From: a bacterium
GTDB taxonomy: Bacteria; Hinthialibacterota; Hinthialibacteria; Hinthialibacterales; Hinthialibacteraceae
NCBI GenBank assembly: GCA_963662285.2
Contig: CAXXMV010000002.1
Location: 1,632,001-1,696,000 of the forward strand
DNA length: 64,000 nt
Reading direction: 5' to 3'
A model generated the notes under the pieces. The model was not told the origin of the DNA. It ran no database searches and saw nothing but the letters and a program-made list of their open reading frames with translations. Made by a program: the position numbers and the translations under genes. Positions 18,133 to 28,745 of the stretch are shown in pieces (within the stretch, counting starts at the first letter, position 1; each line of letters opens with the position of its first letter).

Positions 18133-19875
18133 ATGAATCAACAATCCTTCGCCGAAAAGAATATTAGGCTGCTAGGTGATATATATCCTGAAATTGCGGA
18201 GGGATTGGGTGACTTCATCCAAACCCGGAAGAACGAAGCATCATCAGCCGCATATCAGTTTATACAAGCTGAAGGCGGCGCGGTTCTTTGCCGGGAATCG
18301 GATGCATCAGGCGGGAAATGGGTGCATGGGCCAAATGATCCGCTTGCTCAGGCTAAAGAATTCATCAGCGCCAATGATGATAACACAGGCGACTTGATTA
18401 TTGTGTGGCAGGCGGGTTTAGGATATGCACCAAGACTGTTGCAACAAATATCCCAAAATCAACGCGTGATTATTTGTGAATCACGCTATGAACTGATATG
18501 GGAATGGCTCTGTGAATGGGATTGCGAATCCATTATCAGCAATGAGAAGTTTTATTGGATCATTCAAGATGAGTTTGAAGATAAACTGATGCAGCTGGCT
18601 AATGAATATCCCAGTCTCTTCAAGCAAGGCGTCAATATCATCCCCGGATCAGTATTAACCGATGAAGAGAAAGAAAAATTAGAAGATATTTCTGGCCGGA
18701 TACAGGCTTCACTGAAGTCATCCAATAGCGATGATTTGCATAACGTATTCATGATTATGTCGCAAAGCCTGGAAGATATCATGCCGTCAGTCATGCGGGG
18801 CGCCGGGCAAAACGGGTTCCATGCTTTGTGGAAGAAGCGTCCCTTGGCGTTGTCGCGTTTTTTAAGCGGGATGGATACCTGGCGCGAGACCTGCGGCTGT
18901 ACGCCAAAGATTGCGTTGGGATTTTATGGCAGTTTTTTTTCTCACCTGGAACTTGAATCTATGGGGCGGGCTGGGATTTCCCGCGTGGTCTGGTATTACG
19001 ATAATCCTGAGACTTTATTCAAAGGAGACGAAGGCGAGTACTATGACTTGGCGTTGACTTTCGATCCGGGTCATTTGGATGTAATGAAGCCGGTTTTTGG
19101 ATCAAAGGCCAAAGTATTGGCGCCCGCAACGACCTTTGATGAATATGAAGTAAAGGGTGATTTCAAATATCCCATTAATCCTGTTACCTACGTCGGCGCT
19201 ACGGGATACCGCCTCTCCATACCATATATGAAGCAAAATCCCCAATTATTCACCAAACTGGCCCAGGTGATCAGGGCTATCATACGGTCGCACCTGGGCA
19301 TGGATGCTAAAGAATTATTGAATCTATTAATCCAAAGTACGCTTCAGTTCGATCCGCAGCAAAGCGCCCATTTCAAGTGGCTGGTTCGACAGATCGCCAG
19401 CAGCGAAATCCGCAAAGTTTTCCTGGAAACCGCCATGCCGTTTGGATTAACCATCTTCGGCGACGCGCTTTGGAGAGACCGGAACCTGGTGGGCGGTTTG
19501 ACCTCTGCCTTCGCCGGGACATCGCTGCATTACGATACGGAAACGCCGGAATTATACGCCGCCTCGCCGATAAACCTGAGCATTTGCCATACCCAATTAA
19601 TTCATGCCGCCTCGTTGCGGGCTTATGACGTTTTGGCTTGCGGCGGCTTTCTTTTGACGGAATACCGGCCTGGCATAGAAGAGCAGTTTGAAATAGGCAA
19701 AGACCTGGATGTTTTCCGCACTCCACAGGAACTAACTCAAAAAATCGCTTTTTACCTGGAAAATGAAGAACTACGGCATGAAATCGCCGCTCACGGTAGA
19801 GCAACCGTTCTGGCCAATCATACCTACCGCAACCGCATCGCGCAGATGATGGAGCTTTTGAAAGACCCACGCTAG
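18133..19875 (+). CDS. CgeB/YkvP-type glycosyltransferase with Maf/DUF115-like N-terminal region
   Basis: C-terminal RAYDVLACGGFLLTE...HTYRNRI. N-terminal AGLGY...IICE. Confidence 0.8.
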   Translation: MNQQSFAEKNIRLLGDIYPEIAEGLGDFIQTRKNEASSAAYQFIQAEGGAVLCRESDASGGKWVHGPNDPLAQAKEFISANDDNTGDLIIVWQAGLGYAPRLLQQISQNQRVIICESRYELIWEWLCEWDCESIISNEKFYWIIQDEFEDKLMQLANEYPSLFKQGVNIIPGSVLTDEEKEKLEDISGRIQASLKSSNSDDLHNVFMIMSQSLEDIMPSVMRGAGQNGFHALWKKRPLALSRFLSGMDTWRETCGCTPKIALGFYGSFFSHLELESMGRAGISRVVWYYDNPETLFKGDEGEYYDLALTFDPGHLDVMKPVFGSKAKVLAPATTFDEYEVKGDFKYPINPVTYVGATGYRLSIPYMKQNPQLFTKLAQVIRAIIRSHLGMDAKELLNLLIQSTLQFDPQQSAHFKWLVRQIASSEIRKVFLETAMPFGLTIFGDALWRDRNLVGGLTSAFAGTSLHYDTETPELYAASPINLSICHTQLIHAASLRAYDVLACGGFLLTEYRPGIEEQFEIGKDLDVFRTPQELTQKIAFYLENEELRHEIAAHGRATVLANHTYRNRIAQMMELLKDPR

Positions 19876-19953
19876 GCGAAGCGGTTTTGCTTTGCTAAGA
19901 TGTAGATTGGCGCAATGGGGAAATCATACAAAGACATAATATAGGAGGCGACG

Positions 19954-21348
<1,395 letters not shown>

Positions 21349-21381
21349 ATACGGTGGGCTTGGCGCCAAGAATAAGCCCAA

Positions 21382-21473
21382 GTAGGGTGGGCTAAAAGCG
21401 ATAGCGTAGCCCACCATGATGCATCAGTGGTTTTGGTGGGCTACGCCGCTTCGCGGCTTTTAGCCCACCCTAC
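21382..21473. repeat. GTAG REP doublet (REPIN), copy 1
   Basis: gtagggtgggctaaaagc...gcccacc, 19-bp spacer, inverted arm ending ccctac. Confidence 0.9.
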
Positions 21474-21514
21474 GCGAAGCCCATAATATGCACAGCGCGA
21501 CGGAGGTTAATTCC

Positions 21515-21715
21515 ATGCCGGAATATCGTAGATTGTATACGCCCGGATCATGGTATTTTTTCACGGTTGTAACGTATAAACGTCAAGTGATATTTGATTG
21601 TGATGAAGTTTGGCATCTGTTACGAGAATCAATCCAAATCGTGAAGCGTAGCCTAAAAGCAAAGCGTAGCTCTCCATGCTACTGTGCGAAAAACAAAAGA
21701 ATAATTTTCGCTTGA
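21515..21715 (+). pseudogene. Truncated REP-associated tyrosine transposase (RAYT, IS200/605 TnpA-like), N-terminus only
   Basis: GGAGG SD, then MPEYRRLYTPGSWYFFTVVTYKRQ. Similarity ends after about 45 aa at a degenerate REP arm (about 21643-21675). No HUH motif. Confidence 0.8.
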
Positions 21716-22031
21716 AAAAACACTTAACATAATATATGCTGAGTAATTACGGGTAGGTTAAAGTAAAAACTGGACGAAGCGCGCTCCATATATTCTATCT
21801 AATGTTATGTTATATCTAATGTTCTTTCTATAATTTAAATATCGTCGATATATTGTGGTTTAATTTGCAGTTTTCGACTTTTTTTCCGTTTCGTCTTTCA
21901 TGATAAAATTGAATAAAAATCATGAGAGGGGGTATGATTTTCTTGTTTAATGGGAAATCCAAGGTTAAAAGAGTATCTAGTAAATACGGGTTAAGATTTA
22001 TGTATTCCAATTTTGAAAGGAGTTGTATGAA

Positions 22032-23306
22032 ATGAACAAGCGAATTGTTTGTATGGTTGCAGCGTATCTCATTATTATTTCCATTCCAGTTGCCCAAGCT
22101 CAGAAATACGATTCTACTCCAGTTGATCTGGAGAGTATTTGGAATGCGGTAATCTGGTATAATGATGGACAAGCAGTTGATTCAAGCCTTGGTTTGCCTA
22201 CCAACGATGCTGGAATTAAAATCTCCACACTCCCCAGCAATGTCATTCCAGGACAGGTAAACATTACAGAAGATGGCGTGGTTGCATTTCTCTTGCCGGA
22301 TATGACTGCGGGAAATCTCAATGCTTATTATGTAGCGGGGGATAACATTCAGGTTCCTCCGGGAGAATACCAGTATGTATTTCTTGCAGTCACTTCCGAT
22401 AGTGGTAATTGGCCGGGTAGTGTGAGCGACTGGGCTGCCGATGTTGATCCTGATACGGGAGAAATCTATGACCCCCGTTCTGAGGGAAACAGTTTCAAAC
22501 CCATTTATGTTGATGGTGAAGGCGATTGGATTCCCATAGGAATCGTACCCGATTGGTTCTGGAAACCGCCGGAGTGGGTAGCCCCGGCCAGTGGAGATTC
22601 CAGTGAAGTTATTCAGGAATACCTTTCCTATGCGGCTGATCCCAATGGCCCTCTCTACTTCTGGGATGGGGTGAACTATGGCGATCACGATTTCGGTCAA
22701 TATACCTATTGTAATGGAGAAGATTCATACTTTATGTATATAATGGATATCCCTGATGGATTGACTTCCGCAACTTTATGGACCGAAATGTGGGGCAACG
22801 TCAAATTCTCTATTTCCACAGATGATGAGACGTTTACCGAGCTTTATAACTCCGCCACCATGGATCAGGTATACACCGCCCGTTCAGGAAATCTCGATGG
22901 TTACCAACCAAACCGCGAACTGCGCGATTTTGACCTGACGCCGTTTATTTCTTCCGGGGATGTAAATACCATTTACTTAATGTTTGAAGATGCCGCTCCT
23001 TTGAATGCCGTGGGCCAGGAGAACAATCCTTGGGGCGCACGTTGCCATCGGCTAGGCATCTATACCGGACCAACCGTGAAAACCAGTGGTGGATCGCGTT
23101 TATGGCAGGGAATGGAAACAACCAGCTGGGGCTCTCCAGAAGGTGGAATATATCTAATCTGGAAACAGTACCGCGTGGATGCGACGCGAACCCTTCAGTC
23201 TATTTTATTACCCAATAATAGACCTGCAAACTCTCCCTTTCTGATCCTTTTTGCTATCACTCTGGCAAATGATCGTACTGCAATCGAAGATTTTATGTTG
23301 TATTAA
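22032..23306 (+). CDS. Secreted acidic beta-sandwich (carbohydrate-binding-like) protein with the shared C-terminal motif
   Basis: Signal peptide (AQA-Q), Trp/Tyr/Asp-rich. Ends TAIEDFMLY. Confidence 0.75.
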   Translation: MNKRIVCMVAAYLIIISIPVAQAQKYDSTPVDLESIWNAVIWYNDGQAVDSSLGLPTNDAGIKISTLPSNVIPGQVNITEDGVVAFLLPDMTAGNLNAYYVAGDNIQVPPGEYQYVFLAVTSDSGNWPGSVSDWAADVDPDTGEIYDPRSEGNSFKPIYVDGEGDWIPIGIVPDWFWKPPEWVAPASGDSSEVIQEYLSYAADPNGPLYFWDGVNYGDHDFGQYTYCNGEDSYFMYIMDIPDGLTSATLWTEMWGNVKFSISTDDETFTELYNSATMDQVYTARSGNLDGYQPNRELRDFDLTPFISSGDVNTIYLMFEDAAPLNAVGQENNPWGARCHRLGIYTGPTVKTSGGSRLWQGMETTSWGSPEGGIYLIWKQYRVDATRTLQSILLPNNRPANSPFLILFAITLANDRTAIEDFMLY

Positions 23307-23320
23307 CATAACAGATTCAA

Positions 23321-23359
23321 AAGTCAGGAGCCGGATGAAAAATCTTGGCTCCTGGCTTT
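23321..23359 (+). terminator. Terminator-like hairpin
   Basis: AAGTCAGGAGCC...GGCTCCTGGCTTT. Confidence 0.55.
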
Positions 23360-23681
23360 GGAAATTTGGCAATTCGAAAGGGAGTATCCTAAGTTTTCCA
23401 TGACTAATCTTCCCTACTAAATAACAGGCCGCTTTTGAGAACATCGTATCCGGGATCAGAAAGTTTTTTTCAACCATATAGATTATATTTATTATAATCC
23501 AGTCAAACATGGAAATACCGTTTCTCCTCCAATAGTAGAAATGCTCAACCTTCAAACTATACGTTGAACAGGATTAGTATAAAATGGTTTGGGGTAAATT
23601 TATTCCAGTCGATTTAATGAAAAAATGTAAAGTGAATAAATAGTCGTTGGTGATTGTGGTGAGCTGCGCTCGATGCGTAGT

Positions 23682-23718
23682 AATCACATTAGGGCAACCA
23701 TGAAGGATTGCCCCTACA
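23682..23718 (-). repeat. GTAGGGGCAA REP family copy
   Basis: aatcacattagggcaacca..ttgcccctaca, also at 36647..36684. Confidence 0.75.
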
Positions 23719-23747
23719 TGTTTACGTTTAATGGAAAGGTCAATTCA

Positions 23748-25184
23748 ATGTCGTCACCCAACACAGAATATCGTCCGTCGCTTTATGATCGTAAGGGCCA
23801 GATTGTTTATGTATATTTACTATCGATTGTAGCGGCGCTGGGTGGATTATTGTTTGGTTATGACACGGCGGTGATATCGGGCGCCATAGGTTTTTTGCAA
23901 CAGCGTTTTGATCTCAATGACGTGTGGAAGGGTTGGGCTGCTTCATGCGCTTTGATCGGCTGCATCGGCGGCGCTTCAATTGCCGGGTGGATGAGTGACT
24001 ATTATGGCCGTAGATCAGTGCTGATATTATCGGGTATGTTATTCACTATCTCGGCGCTTGGCTCAGCTTTTCCCCGGAGTCTGACCGAATTCGTCATAGC
24101 CCGCATTGTCGGTGGAGTTGGAGTTGGTATTGCATCCATGCTGTCGCCCTTATATATCGCAGAGGTGGCGCCAGCCCGGTTACGCGGTCGGCTGGTGACG
24201 CTCAATCAGTTCACCATCGTATTCGGTATGCTGGTGGTCTATTTTGTCAATGCAAAGGTGGCATCGATGGGTGATGAAGCCTGGAATATTACCATGGGCT
24301 GGCGTTGGATGTTCGGTTCAGAGACGTTGCCAGCCATTCTGTTTATGGTTCTGCTATTATTCGTCCCGGAAAGCCCACGCTGGTTAACCAAGCAAGGCAT
24401 GCCGGATCGGGCAATGGAAATACTGACCCGCGTCGGAGGAACTGAAAACGCCCGGACTTCAATGGAAGAGATCAAGTTCGCCATCGCCCATGAAGGCGGA
24501 TCGATAAAAGAATTGCTATGCCCCGGATTACGCATGGCGCTGTTTATCGGAATAGGTCTGGCTATCTTGCAGCAGGTTACCGGTATCAATGTAATCCTCT
24601 ACTATGCGCCGGAGATTTTCAAAAGCGCCGGACTAGGTTCGGCCCAGGCCATCAATCATACGGTGATTATCGGTCTGGTAAATATGCTCTTTACGGTAGT
24701 GGCGTTTCTGTTAGTCGATTTGCTGGGGCGAAAAATACTGCTGCTCCTGGCCTCATTGGGAATGGGAATCTCACTGGTTTTGCTGGGAGCGTCGTTCCTG
24801 ATCGAATCATTCGGCGCTATACATTTAATAACGCTTAACCTGGGTCTGCAAAATATCCAGATAACATTCATGCTGTTCTTTGTGTTAACCTATGTGGCTT
24901 CGTTCGCAGTGGCTATGGGGCCGGTGGTGTGGGTGGTTATGTCGGAAATATTCCCCACCCGCATCAGGGGACGCGCTATGTCAATCGCCACGGTCTGTTT
25001 ATGGATATCATGTTACGCCGTCTCGCAGTTTTTCCCCATCATGCTGAGTTATCTGCAAGGCATGGTCTTCTTTGTATACGCAGCCATGTGCATAATCGCA
25101 TTTCTTTTCTTCGCCATTTTCGTCCCTGAAACCAAAGGCAAAACCCTTGAAGAGATCGAGAAGAAATGGATCAAAATGAGTTAA
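23748..25184 (+). CDS. MFS sugar porter (XylE/AraE/GalP-like)
   Basis: GGLLFGYDTAVISG, PESPRWL, QQVTGINVILYY, SEIFP, PETKGKTLEEI. Start moved past the REP to MSSPN. Confidence 0.95.
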   Translation: MSSPNTEYRPSLYDRKGQIVYVYLLSIVAALGGLLFGYDTAVISGAIGFLQQRFDLNDVWKGWAASCALIGCIGGASIAGWMSDYYGRRSVLILSGMLFTISALGSAFPRSLTEFVIARIVGGVGVGIASMLSPLYIAEVAPARLRGRLVTLNQFTIVFGMLVVYFVNAKVASMGDEAWNITMGWRWMFGSETLPAILFMVLLLFVPESPRWLTKQGMPDRAMEILTRVGGTENARTSMEEIKFAIAHEGGSIKELLCPGLRMALFIGIGLAILQQVTGINVILYYAPEIFKSAGLGSAQAINHTVIIGLVNMLFTVVAFLLVDLLGRKILLLLASLGMGISLVLLGASFLIESFGAIHLITLNLGLQNIQITFMLFFVLTYVASFAVAMGPVVWVVMSEIFPTRIRGRAMSIATVCLWISCYAVSQFFPIMLSYLQGMVFFVYAAMCIIAFLFFAIFVPETKGKTLEEIEKKWIKMS

Positions 25185-25191
25185 CCGCATC

Positions 25192-25322
25192 GTCCCCTCT
25201 CCCGGCGGGAGAGGGGCATTCAGGATTAGGGGGATTTCGCAACTGTAGGGGCGTCTTTCATGGGCGCCCAACCGAATGACCTGGGCGCCAAGGGCAAGAC
25301 AGCATTGTGTCCAGCCCTTGAT
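25192..25322. repeat. Mosaic cluster of three REP-like families
   Basis: cccctctccc..gggagagggg (25192), gtaggggcg..gggcgccc (25245), caagggc..gcccttg (25289). Confidence 0.75.
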
Positions 25323-25360
25323 TGGGTCTTCCTTTTTTATTTCCCTCTTTTATATCATCT

Positions 25361-26506
25361 TCATTCCGCTTTAGCCGATTTCCCCTGAACAAGAAATACG
25401 TACAATATGGCGCCGATGAATAATGTGCAAATTAAGGTGATAAGCCAAACTACTTTATCATACCTGCCATCTGTCGGGAAATCCTTAGCTGCCCGTTTCA
25501 AGCAATCCTGCAAGCACCAGATCCAGAGGATAAAGAGAAGCAGCAAGACAATTCCACCAACAGGTCCAAGGCCGTCGCGGTGGTCTTCCCGTTCGTTCAT
25601 TTGCTGCTCACGTCTTTCAATATCCTCGCTCCACATACGCAGTTCATCTTTTTCGCGCTGGCGCTCTTCATCGCTTTGGTTTAGGCGTTGATTGATCTCA
25701 CGCTCTTTTTCTTCTAATTGACGCTGGCGTTCTTCAAGATTGCGCGACCATTGGTTCAGTTCTTCTTCCCGTTGGCGTAGATGATCATTGCGTTTATCCA
25801 GTTCTTCCTGGCAGCGTTTTATTTCTTCATCTTGCCTATTCACTTGTTGGCGTTGTTCATCCAACATGCTGAATTGTTGTTCTAACTCTGAACGTCCTTG
25901 ATTAAGTTCTTCATACTGTGAGGCAATATTACGCTCCTGCTCTTCTAATTGGTTGCTTCTTTCTTTCAATTGGAATGATTCGCGTTCCAGTTTTTCTTTA
26001 AGCGCATTGAAATAATCCATTTTTTGGTTTTTATCGTCCTGGATCGTTTGGTTGACGCTGTGTTTAAGAGATTCGGCTAATTCCTGAAGATAATTCCGTT
26101 GTTCATTCTCTCTATTTTCCATTGCGTCAATACGATGTTCTAAGCGTTCCAGTTTTTCGTTGCGTTCTCTTAATGCTTGCTCCCATTGATTCATACGTTG
26201 TTCTCTTTGCTCGAATTCCTGACGCATCAACCAGGGGTATTGATTATTCTTTTCCAATCTTTCCGGCTGTGGAGGAATGCCTTGATCAACCGCGCGGGGA
26301 CTTCGACGCTGCCGCATTTCCGGATTTGGAACCGGGTCATCATTATCTCTTTGAGCCAAAAACATATTGTCGGAAGGCTGGTTTTGGTTGGCAATCAACC
26401 TATCCGGGTAGGTCGATTGATCGGCGCCGGTGGATTGCATGGAGAAGGCCGGGGATACGCTGCTGAAACAAACAACGGCTAATATGAAGACAAATACTTT
26501 TTTCAT
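25361..26506 (-). CDS. Exported coiled-coil protein with C-terminal PLDc_N-like two-TM anchor
   Basis: Signal peptide, long E/Q/R heptad region, then LWIWCLQDCLKR...KVVWLITLICTLFIGAILY. Confidence 0.75.
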   Translation of the reverse strand: MKKVFVFILAVVCFSSVSPAFSMQSTGADQSTYPDRLIANQNQPSDNMFLAQRDNDDPVPNPEMRQRRSPRAVDQGIPPQPERLEKNNQYPWLMRQEFEQREQRMNQWEQALRERNEKLERLEHRIDAMENRENEQRNYLQELAESLKHSVNQTIQDDKNQKMDYFNALKEKLERESFQLKERSNQLEEQERNIASQYEELNQGRSELEQQFSMLDEQRQQVNRQDEEIKRCQEELDKRNDHLRQREEELNQWSRNLEERQRQLEEKEREINQRLNQSDEERQREKDELRMWSEDIERREQQMNEREDHRDGLGPVGGIVLLLLFILWIWCLQDCLKRAAKDFPTDGRYDKVVWLITLICTLFIGAILYVFLVQGKSAKAE

Positions 26507-26756
26507 GATACTGCTCCCAAATCGTAGTGATGAAATATATGATAGATATATCTCAGAATAAAATTTGACTTAAAGTACTGTTTAACATTGCAGCATAAAA
26601 AATCTAGGGGAAATATGGTTATTGCGTTTTTTTAATAAATTACATCGCTTTACTTTGGTTTGATAAAATTAGATGAAGCAGGTTATACGCCGCTCGTTTT
26701 CAAACTAAAAATAGGTACAATTTGTTGTCTATAATATTTTATTGAGAGAGGGGAAT

Positions 26757-27980
26757 ATGCCAAAATTAAAATCTCGTCTTCGATCATTTTGGCCGATTCC
26801 GGGTACTCAATATATTTTTTGTGAAATATGCAAAGGAATTAATTCCCTTCAGTATAATCCTATTCAACGGTTCACTAATCTAATTATTGATATCAAGACA
26901 GGCAAATGCGAGCTGCGCGTTGATTGGCAGAACCTGAATCCAGATAAAACAATAGGCGGCAACTCTTCCCGGCATACTGAATATAAAGGCATCATCGTTA
27001 ATCATGAAAACTTGTCGTTGATTTACGAGCAGGTATTTCGCTATGACTCATCAGCATTTCGCCGCACCCCGGATATAAATAATAATGCGAATCAAACATT
27101 CAAGAAAAAGAAGGATATCTGGCGCATAGATCTTTTTGGCGGATCGCAAAAACTGGATAATTCTCCTGAACTATTTATCCATAATCAGGCATCCCATCGA
27201 TGCCTTGATTTTTCCAGTCTGGTGGCGTTGACGTCAAGCAAACTTGTTCAATATCAGTTGGATGATAATTCTCTTCAGATGAGTGAGGACTGGCAGGATA
27301 TCGGCGACGCCTTGATGCAATTATGCAGTCTGCCGCATGGCGGTTATGTCTATTCCAATTCCCGTAAGGGGACGGTTAACTTTCTCCAGCCCTATGAACC
27401 GAGGTTCCGTTCTTTTCAAATTAAATCGATTTTTGCAGAACTGCCTCTGCCGCCTAAGGAGATTACCCTGTGGGAAAACTTGTCTTCTTTGTCATGGCAG
27501 TTGATTCCACTATCGGCTGAATCGTCTTCTCCGATGCTGGCCTATTTTCAGATGCCGGGTTTCCCGATTTTTGAAATTAATCTGGATCGAATCAACAAGG
27601 GTAATGCCAAAGAGGTCTTCAACTTTTTAGGATATAGTCCATCATGCCGGCCGTTTTTAAGTATGAAAAGAAACCGGGTGATACTATTCAGCAATTCATT
27701 GGTTCGGAGCAGTCAGGAATTGAGTACTTCGGTTCCTATATTTTTAGTTGAGAAGCAATATCGAAACTGGCCTGTCAATACCGCTTTTTGCTTTCAACCC
27801 AAGCCCGTACCCCTCCCGGCGTCGATCCACCGCATTTGCGAAATCCCTTTCAATAATGAATATCTTTTAGCCTATGGGCAGGATGCGTTCTGGTGCGTCT
27901 ATTATGACGGCAGCGCGGTAAAATCGCTCTATCCGCGGGCGCGCTCCATGCGTCGAAAAGGCGCCAAGCCGAGAACTTAA
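26757..27980 (+). CDS. Hypothetical protein
   Basis: About 407-aa ORF with GAGGGG SD before MPKLK. No motif recognised. Confidence 0.55.
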   Translation: MPKLKSRLRSFWPIPGTQYIFCEICKGINSLQYNPIQRFTNLIIDIKTGKCELRVDWQNLNPDKTIGGNSSRHTEYKGIIVNHENLSLIYEQVFRYDSSAFRRTPDINNNANQTFKKKKDIWRIDLFGGSQKLDNSPELFIHNQASHRCLDFSSLVALTSSKLVQYQLDDNSLQMSEDWQDIGDALMQLCSLPHGGYVYSNSRKGTVNFLQPYEPRFRSFQIKSIFAELPLPPKEITLWENLSSLSWQLIPLSAESSSPMLAYFQMPGFPIFEINLDRINKGNAKEVFNFLGYSPSCRPFLSMKRNRVILFSNSLVRSSQELSTSVPIFLVEKQYRNWPVNTAFCFQPKPVPLPASIHRICEIPFNNEYLLAYGQDAFWCVYYDGSAVKSLYPRARSMRRKGAKPRT

Positions 27981-28122
27981 AAATCATTACCTTCAAAAAA
28001 ATCTGACAGTACAAAATTTACATGATACTAATTTAGATAGTTCAAAGTTATTATCAGAATAACTATTTAATAGTATATATATTTCGTTATACCGGGGAGA
28101 GATTGATCACAGGAGAACAACA

Positions 28123-28575
28123 ATGAATACAGCATCTTTAGATACGTATCGCATCTTAACCCTTGGCTTGAATGATCAAGAAAAAACCAATATCGAGAAG
28201 ATTGCTTCTTCCTTGGGAGGAGTTGTAACGAACGTTGACACTGAAATGGAATTGTTAAAATATGCTGAAACCAACCATTTCGACATTTGCATGGTCGGGC
28301 AATCTGATAACGTGCCTGAACCAAGTTATATCATCTGGCTGCTAAAAGGAATCACCAAACAATCCCGGATGATTGTACTATATTCCTCTTTATCCAGTGA
28401 AGAAGAGAAAAAAGTGTTGCGCTACGAAGTTTCAAATATTTTGCAGCGCCCCGTAAAATCAGGCGAAGTAACAAAGGCTATCGAATCCATCCTGACTCAT
28501 AATCATGATTCAATCAGCTTATGGGAAACTATATTGAGTTTCATTTTTCCCAGCCGGAAAGCAGAGACTCATTAA
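28123..28575 (+). CDS. Stand-alone atypical (pseudo-)receiver domain protein
   Basis: REC-like pattern RILTLG..FDICMVG..MIVLY..ILQRP. AGGAG SD. Confidence 0.65.
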   Translation: MNTASLDTYRILTLGLNDQEKTNIEKIASSLGGVVTNVDTEMELLKYAETNHFDICMVGQSDNVPEPSYIIWLLKGITKQSRMIVLYSSLSSEEEKKVLRYEVSNILQRPVKSGEVTKAIESILTHNHDSISLWETILSFIFPSRKAETH

Positions 28576-28603
28576 TTTACACAGAAATGCCCCGGAACAA
28601 ACA

Positions 28604-28730
28604 AGTCCCTCACCCATCGCAAACAAGTCCCCTCTCCCCCCTGTATGTAGGGCCAGGGTGAGGGGAAATTTCCAAACACCCAAACGTATGGTGGGCTAAA
28701 AGCGAAAGCATAGCCCACCCAAAACCACTT
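28604..28730 (+). repeat. Degenerate REP cluster including a single arm of the GTAG REPIN
   Basis: gtcccctctcccc..agggtgagggg and gtatggtgggctaaaagcgaaagcatagcccacc (28686-28719). Confidence 0.65.
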
Positions 28731-28745
28731 CTTTTTTTGAATAAA

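Noticed and set aside
21796-21823. Direct repeat TATCTAATGTT x2
   Set aside because: Short, located in very AT-rich DNA and about 200 bp from the next start. It could be chance.
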